Positions 55,801-64,000 of a stretch of 64,000 nucleotides of DNA are shown piece by piece. Source of the stretch: Trichinella spiralis (lineage: Eukaryota); assembly GCF_000181795.1 (NCBI RefSeq), contig NW_003526943.1:10536789-10600788 (forward strand). Direction: 5' to 3'. The position numbers were made by a program, and so were the translations under genes. The stretch's first letter is position 1. Each line of letters begins with the position of its first letter. The notes below the pieces were generated by a model. The model did no database searches and had not been told where the DNA came from. It worked only from the letters and a program-made list of their open reading frames with translations.

Positions 55801-57175
55801 ATTAAAGAAAAAATGCTGTGTAAAAAAATTTTTCATTAATAAAATAATTTTAATGCAACAAAAATTTCTCTCTGCAAAATATACTTCACTTGCTGTCTTG
55901 GGCAAGTGGAAAAGTTGAAATTTGCCCACGGGTAGTAGCAATGAGCTGATTGTTTTCACCAAGTTTTATATAGATTCAATTTGGAAAATTCTATTTTTCC
56001 GTCATTTTTATCAAATTGATTATTATTTACATTTATAATATTATTTTCTCTTTCATAATTCATTCACTAGTACAGTGAATTTTGAAATTTGTACATTCAA
56101 TGATGTGGCAATAATAAACCAGTGATAGTAAATGAAATAAAAATCATAACATTCTACCATTGTCATGTCACCAACAGCATTGTTATTGTGATGCAACATT
56201 AATACAATACAATACAATATAATATTTTACAAAATGTGAGCAAACTGATAATGATTCATTTTACATTGTCGATTTCAGGATAAATTGTTAAATTATAACA
56301 TAAATAAATTTAAATTTAGACACCTTTTATTATTGAATTGAAAATTAAATTGAAAAGGTCATTTTGATTTATGTACAGAGAAAAAAAGTTGTCATGGTTG
56401 TTGTTAAACTTGACAATCATTAATGGTTCAAATTCCACAAAATATACTTTTACTTTTACAAAAAACTGTCAGTAAATTTGCCCTAAAGTGAATTAATCCT
56501 GATTTTAATATAAAAAAGTTATATAAAACAACTGGTATTGATTTCCGTTTGACACAAATTTTTTTTCAATTTGTGTGGGAGGTTTGATGATTTTTGATTT
56601 GATCAGACGCCCACAATGCTATTTACAAATTTCAGGTCAATCTGAACACTATATAAAGAGCTCTGTAGTAGATGATGCATTACAGAAAAGCATAATTTTA
56701 CTAACGAAAAAGCTGGTGAAACATTTTTTTCAATCAATCGTTCGTTCATTATGTGTGAATATGATTTTTATGGACTTTGGGAAATTGTAAACTCGGTAAA
56801 AGATTTCCATTTGAATGCAGCTTTTGAAAATGGCATGAAGGTAATAATTATTTGCTTAAAGTATTTTTTCATTTAATAAAAGAATCTATTCAAGGTGCTT
56901 TCGCCGGACCATCAAACTGAAAGTTTCTCATAAATTTGGATAAAAGTTGACGATCCGCAGAGAAGAGATGACATAAAGAAAAGAAAGCATTTTACTGTTA
57001 GCATTTTGATTCTGATGAATTTATTATTCAAATAATACTTTTTTATGTAATAAAAAATACATATGCAATATTTAAATTGTTTTTAAAGCACCTTCAACAA
57101 ATGTTATTATTGATGAACAACAACAATAACAATTAATTGCATGGGAAAGTGAAAATAAATTTGCATTGAAATGTA

Positions 57176-58279
57176 TTAGTTTTGCAGTGTTTTTACTGAT
57201 TGACGAGAATATATTTTCGAATACAACAATGAAGTAATTGAATAAGATTTTCCATTAGGCTTGGCTTTCGCTTTTGAACTGCATCTCAGCAATTTATGCA
57301 TGAGATTCCGATATCGACCACTGGCTGCATATTGCAATATTACAGACAGTGTAAAGTTGAAAACCAACAGCACATTGACAACCAGCCTCATTGTGATACG
57401 CTCATTGCTTTGATTGAACGTTTCTAAATTTTTCCGCGCAAAACAGATCAAGTGAAATATTTCCATCAAGGCGCTTGGAAGATTGCAAATTAAAAAAGCC
57501 GTAATCCAAGCCAAGCAGATGACCGTCGCCTTGCGATGATTGCTTGCAAGTAGACGTCCACCGGTTTGAAATTTCTGATGCACTTGAGTAACGTTGGATC
57601 GAACGATGTGACGATATTTGACCAAAATTAATGCGTAAATTATAAGCACAAGAAGAATGATGACAATTTCAAAAATTGCCGCTACAATATATCTCGAAGT
57701 GCGTACCCAAGCCTGAGTATTATCGACGGTGAAGTAGAACACGGATCCGTTGTTGTCTGTCACTTTCTGCACTTCCTTCATCATGGTAGTCGGTATTAGC
57801 ACTATTGCGACACTGGTGTAAGCTGCGATCACAACCCATAAATTTTTTCGACTACCAAAGTTGAGATGCCGCAATGGACAATACAATGCTACCAATGGAC
57901 AAACAGCCATGGCTACTGAAATTACGTTTCCGCCGAAAAGGAACAAATTAGCAAAGAACTGTTCAAGATGTGTATGGTAAAATACCATAATATATGATGT
58001 TCGGTCTAGATGACCAATTTTGACCAATAAGCTCGGAATCAGGACAACTGAGCTGATCAAATAATTCACTGACAGTGCTTTGAAAAAGAATGAATATGCC
58101 AAGCAATTAATTTTATGATTCTGAAGAACCGCCAAATTGCAAAGTTGAAATGTAAAGCCAACAATAAGTTCTGTAGGTATTACAATTTCATACGTGATAG
58201 AAACCAGTGTAGAAATTGATTTTGGCTTGACAGAATTAACATAGCTCGTATCATTCCAGACAGATATCCTTTCAGTCAT
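57176..58279 (-). CDS. Intronless class A (rhodopsin-like) orphan GPCR resembling nematode peptide-receptor-like families, about 367 aa
   Basis: NDT sequon, seven hydrophobic segments, TM1 G...CNLAVL, SYIMVFYHTHLE before TM3, TM6 FLICNLP, TM7 NF...Y..S.RYR helix 8. An in-frame TGA lies upstream of the ATG at 58279. Confidence 0.8.
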   Translation of the reverse strand: MTERISVWNDTSYVNSVKPKSISTLVSITYEIVIPTELIVGFTFQLCNLAVLQNHKINCLAYSFFFKALSVNYLISSVVLIPSLLVKIGHLDRTSYIMVFYHTHLEQFFANLFLFGGNVISVAMAVCPLVALYCPLRHLNFGSRKNLWVVIAAYTSVAIVLIPTTMMKEVQKVTDNNGSVFYFTVDNTQAWVRTSRYIVAAIFEIVIILLVLIIYALILVKYRHIVRSNVTQVHQKFQTGGRLLASNHRKATVICLAWITAFLICNLPSALMEIFHLICFARKNLETFNQSNERITMRLVVNVLLVFNFTLSVILQYAASGRYRNLMHKLLRCSSKAKAKPNGKSYSITSLLYSKIYSRQSVKTLQN

Positions 58280-61200
58280 AATGAATAAAAACACTCAATA
58301 CGGCATAATTATTCATATTCTAAAAAACAAACATATTTGACAAATCTTTTTCTATTTTCTCTAATTTACAGTTGAAGTACAGAATTACGTATTTTTGGAA
58401 TGTGGAAACATTTTCTGCTATAAATGATTTCACGTATTTTTCATTAATCTCAGATGCTTTATTGTCTTTTGTATTACAAATGAATTGAAGCATGTGAAAT
58501 GCATTTCAAGCATAAATTATTGGTGAAACAATTGTTCATCAATATATAAAACATTCTATATTTTAAATATAAAGGAAAAATATTAAAAAACAAAAAAATG
58601 AAAATCATGTCATAAAAAATAAAAATTTCACAAGTTTTCTTGGTTATGCATATTTATTATAAATTTATTTCAATTAAAATTTTCCTTTAGAAGAGATTCT
58701 TCTCATTTCAAAGCTGTTATGCTAAAGCTCCAAGTTACTTTCTAATAGTGATCAATTTTGTGCTAAAATAAAATCAATCTATTGATTTTCAACTAATTTA
58801 AAATGAAAATATTCGAATCAACTTTACACTTGAAATTAATTTGGCTCATTTATTTGTCCGCACACTGCATCCATTAATTAAATAATAAAATGAGAACAAA
58901 AAAAATGTGCATCAAAATGTATAAATTTTTGAATAAAGTAATTTAATATTAATAAAACGTTTTTGCTCTTTATGATTGAAAATTTCTAATAACATTATTT
59001 ATAACCACATACAATTTATAAAGTCAAAATTTTAAACTTCAGCTAATAAAATTATCACTTCAGTATAAACGTAAATTTTTTCAAGAATAGCATCGTTATT
59101 AATTTGATATGCACGTTAATTGAATTTTTATAATAAGAAAAAACTGTTCATTAAAAATAAAGATAAATATGCATCATTTTTTAACAAACATCAAGAGATT
59201 GCAAAGTGTTAGAAAAAAGTGTAAAAAGACAAAATCCTACATATAAAATGACAATTCCATAAGATATTCTCATAAGTATTCAAAAAAAATTTGTGTACTG
59301 CTATTTAATAATTTATAAACTTCTTTAGAGATGCTTATTTACTTCTTTAAATCCGTGTTGGAGCTTCATTTAAAATATTACAGCACTTTCCGCAGTTAAT
59401 ATATTATTGCCAATTAATATTCAGTAAATATATTTTAAAAAATGGTTAAACTAATTTAAAATGCAATGTTTATAAAAAAAATTCAATAAATTGCTTTTTA
59501 TGAAAATAAATTTAACTAATACAGTTAGCTTATGAAATGACAGAATATAATTTTTACTGTATAGATACCTGATACCACTTCAGTCAAGTATAACATTTAA
59601 TTAAAAAAAACCACGTAATGTGATACGTGCGAAGTGATAACATAAAAATTGCTAATCAAAACAAAAATGCAAATTACTGAAAATTAAAGTGTAGTGTATA
59701 GAGAATACAACCACATGTGTAAAGAACAAAAAGATATACTGGAATATATTAATAATTCATTAAAATTTAGCTTCCAAATGGTAAAATTTATAATTCATAT
59801 GAAACAGAATCTTACATATGTGCATATATGGATAAAACTGAAAATTAAAATACAGCAGTGCTATTTAGACTCATTTATTTTATTGCTCTTCATGCATATA
59901 TATATATACATTTTAACATTTAAATTCCAAGTAATAAGAAAATTATTGATAAATTATTAGTATTATTATATAGTTATAATAGCAGCTGAGTAATAGAAAA
60001 AAATATGGTAGTAAACAAAATTTAAAAATAAGCATACGATTTCTACTGCACAATTTCGAATAGAAGCATTATTCAAAAATTTCCAGGAACAGTACACGGT
60101 GGATAAAGACATTACATTGCAAAGAATAAAACTGTTCTAAATGCATACTTGTTTAAATATGACTGTTTGAAACACGTAAATCTAACCGCAGGAAATAATT
60201 TATCAATAATTTTTCTGCTAGTTATAATTTAAATATTGAAATGTATTTTACTAAAAATTACACTAAAAATAAAAAAAAGCTTTCTGAAGTTACTTTAGCA
60301 ATTAATCTCATTTTTTAATGTTATCAGTATTTCTTGATTTATATTTTGCCGGTGAACACTGCAAATGATGTTAATAATTATAATAATTGTACAAAATCAA
60401 TGCAGTATAATCAATAAGTTGAAAATTATTACTTTAATTGAATACCAATACTTTAATTATTTTCCCATTAAATAAAGTAGCTTCAAGGAATATAAACTTC
60501 ATCACCTTTGGCATGTTGACAGTCAAAAAATGTAAAAATGAAGATTTTCATACATTAATTGCAAGTTTGTCAAAATTGTTTTTCATAAATTCAGATCAAT
60601 AGAATAATATTCACACTACACAACTTACTGCGAAGGTTTTCATCCACAAACACAAATGTTTGATGAGATATACATAAGCAGACCACTTTGTTGCGTTCTG
60701 GTTAGATTTGAAAAGATTTTGATGATTAATATGCCAGAGAAGCAAGCTTAATGAGTGCAGTTTGTGTTGCTTTTAAAAGTGCTATTACACATTGGCTAAA
60801 CTAATTCAACGCGGATAATGAATATTGAAATATATGCTCTTCACTCACTTTAAAAAAGATTGCTTCTTCAAAATGTCCACATACCAAGCAAAACTGCTCA
60901 CAATGTTTTCAATAGATTGAACATTTACTTAATTATCATACAATAATTAAAAGTGCACAATGAATTTGAAATTGTTGATATATAATACAATTATATTTAA
61001 CAAGTTTGAAATGTTGCAATGGCATCATTTTCAACCAATCATTTAATAAACATTGATTATTTATAACATTCAAAAGATGCTTTCTTGCTTGTTATTACTA
61101 GCTATATACTTAAAAAGATGATAATTATTTTCTATAACATACATTATTGCTATACCTATATATTGCTAACAATAATCATGTGATAAAATATATTTTATTG

Positions 61201-64000
61201 CATTTACTTCATTATATAGGCATGTTTTCAGAATTTTCATAAATCTAATTCATTATTTATCCAACTTGAACATTATGTTCAACAAAAAAAATTTATTATT
61301 AGCAACAGTCATTTTTATAAACAGCAAAATTATAATATTAACAAAACATTTCTTTGGAAAATATTTCATGTTTGTCACATCTATTTTTGATTAGCAAGAA
61401 TTTTTGTATAAGTTTAAAATAACTACTTTGAAAATATTAAAATAATTTTTCTTCATTACGATATAATTAATAACAATAATAAGCGATAATACAGAATCAA
61501 TATTTATATATAAATACTTTTATGGAAAATTAATGATTTAAATTTTATTTAAATTTAAATTACTTTTTAATGAATATCATATTTGTTGTGTTTTTTGGTA
61601 ATCTATGAAGTTTTCAATTTTCTTTAATAATAAGCATAATTTTTACTTCCCATATTCTGTATTAGTTTATTTTTTTGCAATTGTTCAATAAGAAAGTAAA
61701 ACAATGATTGAACAAAAGATGATCGATCACTTTCATTTTCACACTTTTATAAACAAACAGATATGAATATTTGTTGCTTATATTTCCTTCAAAAAAGAAT
61801 ATAGTATTTATTATAAAATGTGGTATAATAAATTTTCATTCACATTTATCACTTTTCAGAATCAATTTAAAAAATTCCTTCAAGTTAAAATTATTACAAA
61901 AGCTTAAAATTAGAGCATTCCTTGCCCATGCATTTTCCATTTAATGATTTTATTTTGAACAAATGATGCAGTTTAATCATTTATTAAATATGTGATTTGG
62001 TTAAAATTCGTTTCACTGGTGTAACATTAATTTTTAAGTTGCCGCATAACTTTGAACAGTATATTGTAATTTGAAATTATCCATTTTTGCAACTGTTTAA
62101 ATATTACATCAATAAAAAATATTAGTAGCATTAAACGTAAATAAATGAAATTTATGCGTATGTATAATGGGAGAAATGCATAACACTCCAAAATATTTAC
62201 AATTTTTCAAAACAGAAGAAAAATATGCATGCAATATTATCAATTGCAAAACGAAGCTTATAAGAGATCAGTCAGTTTTGTTAATAATAAAATTCATAAC
62301 TTACATCAGTTAACTTTCTTTTATTCAACAACTGAAGAGTTATGAGAAGTTAATAAAACCATAATCAATTAAATTATTTTTCCACTTTCAGCATTTTTCA
62401 GTGGCATTTCAACAAATGACGCGAGGAAAGATAACAGAGATAATTTTTCACAGATATTTTTTATATCACAATAATGTGCCACAATGTTGCATTATTTTCA
62501 TTCGTATATACATGTAAAAAGTTTAAAAGTAATGAATAAAATTAAATAAAATGAAAACAGTCGCAAATGGAAAAAAAATAGCTATTTTGATCTGTTATTC
62601 GAATTATTTGAAACCGCAAACCGATTAATCAACTAACATTAGTAATAGACTATTTTGTATTTTGAAAATGTCAACTTAAGAAACGTTCGATAATTAATTT
62701 GAAAGCACACAAAATATTCAAATTAAAACTAGTGTTTTTACTTTTAAAAGTTAAAGTTAATTTAAAGTAATGTTTAGTTTAAAAAACAGTTTAAAATAAA
62801 AAACTCACTTTTCAGCGCGCTCGATTATTTTTGCATTCAGATGTGGCGAATTGTGAAGCAAATTAAATTGAGCAAATGTTCTCTAGAATGGCATTATCAT
62901 TAGCATAAATAATACCAAGTAGATTCATTGAAATTTTATTTCCAGCTCAGCTGTGTGTTCATTTGGTGAAATAAAATGCGACAAAGACAAGAGTAGGAAA
63001 TCAATACAAGTCTAACAATAAATAATGCTTCATCAGTCGAATTCTTTCTATTCTACAAATAAACATTATTCAGAATCAATTTTCGCTTCTTTTTTGTAAC
63101 ATATAAAAAATATTCTTTTATTGTGCATCGGCAGAAAATTTAAAATAGAAAGTTTTCAAAAATTACTTCACTTGGATAATTTGCCATTCAACGCTAACGT
63201 TTTTGGTAAAATGCAAAATAATTTTGCTGCATAAGTAAGCAGAAATGCATAATGTGATGCAAATAAATTTATTTACATTTACATTTTGATCACTGTTCAA
63301 TTAATTAAATTCAATAAAAACTTGAAATCATCGACTAATATTTGCATGACTTTTGTTTATTTCAAAAATTACATTCTCATGCTGTGCGCATTGTATTTAA
63401 CCAAAATAGCAATGCAAAATTGCACTTTCCATTTTTCCCTTTCATAACAAAAGGAACAATCAATTATACAAAACTGGCAAACCTATGACTTTGTCAATTA
63501 TGAATTTTATTTATAAAAAATGATATTTATAAATTTTATTTAAATTTTATAAAATTTCTATGCAATTTTTGTTGTTGAAAACATTTTTTTGACTGTTTGA
63601 ATACTACATTTACATGTGAAAATTATATTAAATAAAACAAATCTCATTACTTTTGTAATGTAACTTTTTCTTTTAACACAAACATTTTCGATTTCTACAA
63701 CAATTTACAATTAACGACATCAAACTGAAATCTTGCATACAATGCTAAAATAAATCGATGCATCATAATATACAAGTCAACATGAAGAACACTATTATAT
63801 ATGAAATGATAAACGCCGTGAAATAAATCAATATATATGTTAATTTCAAAATTCAAGTTTAAATAAAAAACAACAACATGCATTGCACTGTATAATATAT
63901 TTGCTAATATTCAAATCATCAGTGATTCACAAAAACTGTAGAACACCAAATTTCAAACGTAAAAGAATTCATCAATGCCTTTTCTTATTTACTTACTTTT

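Noticed and set aside
58330..64000. Short AT-rich ORFs (e.g. 59694-59960, 63695-63883) and similar ones at 13-16, 30, 36-39, 43-44 and 50 kb
   Set aside because: Rich in I/F/L/K/N/Y as expected from random AT-rich DNA; no motifs or consistent splice structure.

Overview
AT-rich eukaryotic genomic DNA with many short (about 50-70 nt) GT-AG introns. It is nematode-like: the TRPV carries the OCR-type [14 protein letters not shown] insert, and Srsx-like 7TM genes are present. A clade I nematode such as Trichinella is plausible but is inference only. Genes assembled by hand, in order: 5'-truncated DHX16/Prp2 (mog-4) helicase (+); OCR/Nanchung-type TRPV channel (-); intronless Angel-family EEP phosphatase (-); Jupiter-like protein (-); two paralogous two-exon 7TM chemoreceptor-like genes (+), which flank a cluster of orphan secreted-protein genes (a Gly/Tyr-rich protein with three 8-Cys modules, and two small signal-peptide genes, at least one disrupted); a roughly 15-exon WW-WW-FERM gene of the FRMPD4/frm-8 type that appears to lack its PDZ domain (+); and an intronless class A peptide-receptor-like GPCR lacking the DRY motif (-). 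No rRNA, tRNA, CRISPR or intact transposon was recognised. I cannot demonstrate a new biological system. The best leads are the orphan secreted-protein cluster at 25-30 kb, the PDZ-less FRMPD with a GC-rich island in its long intron, and the divergent intronless Angel. Family calls rest on remembered motifs, not database searches.
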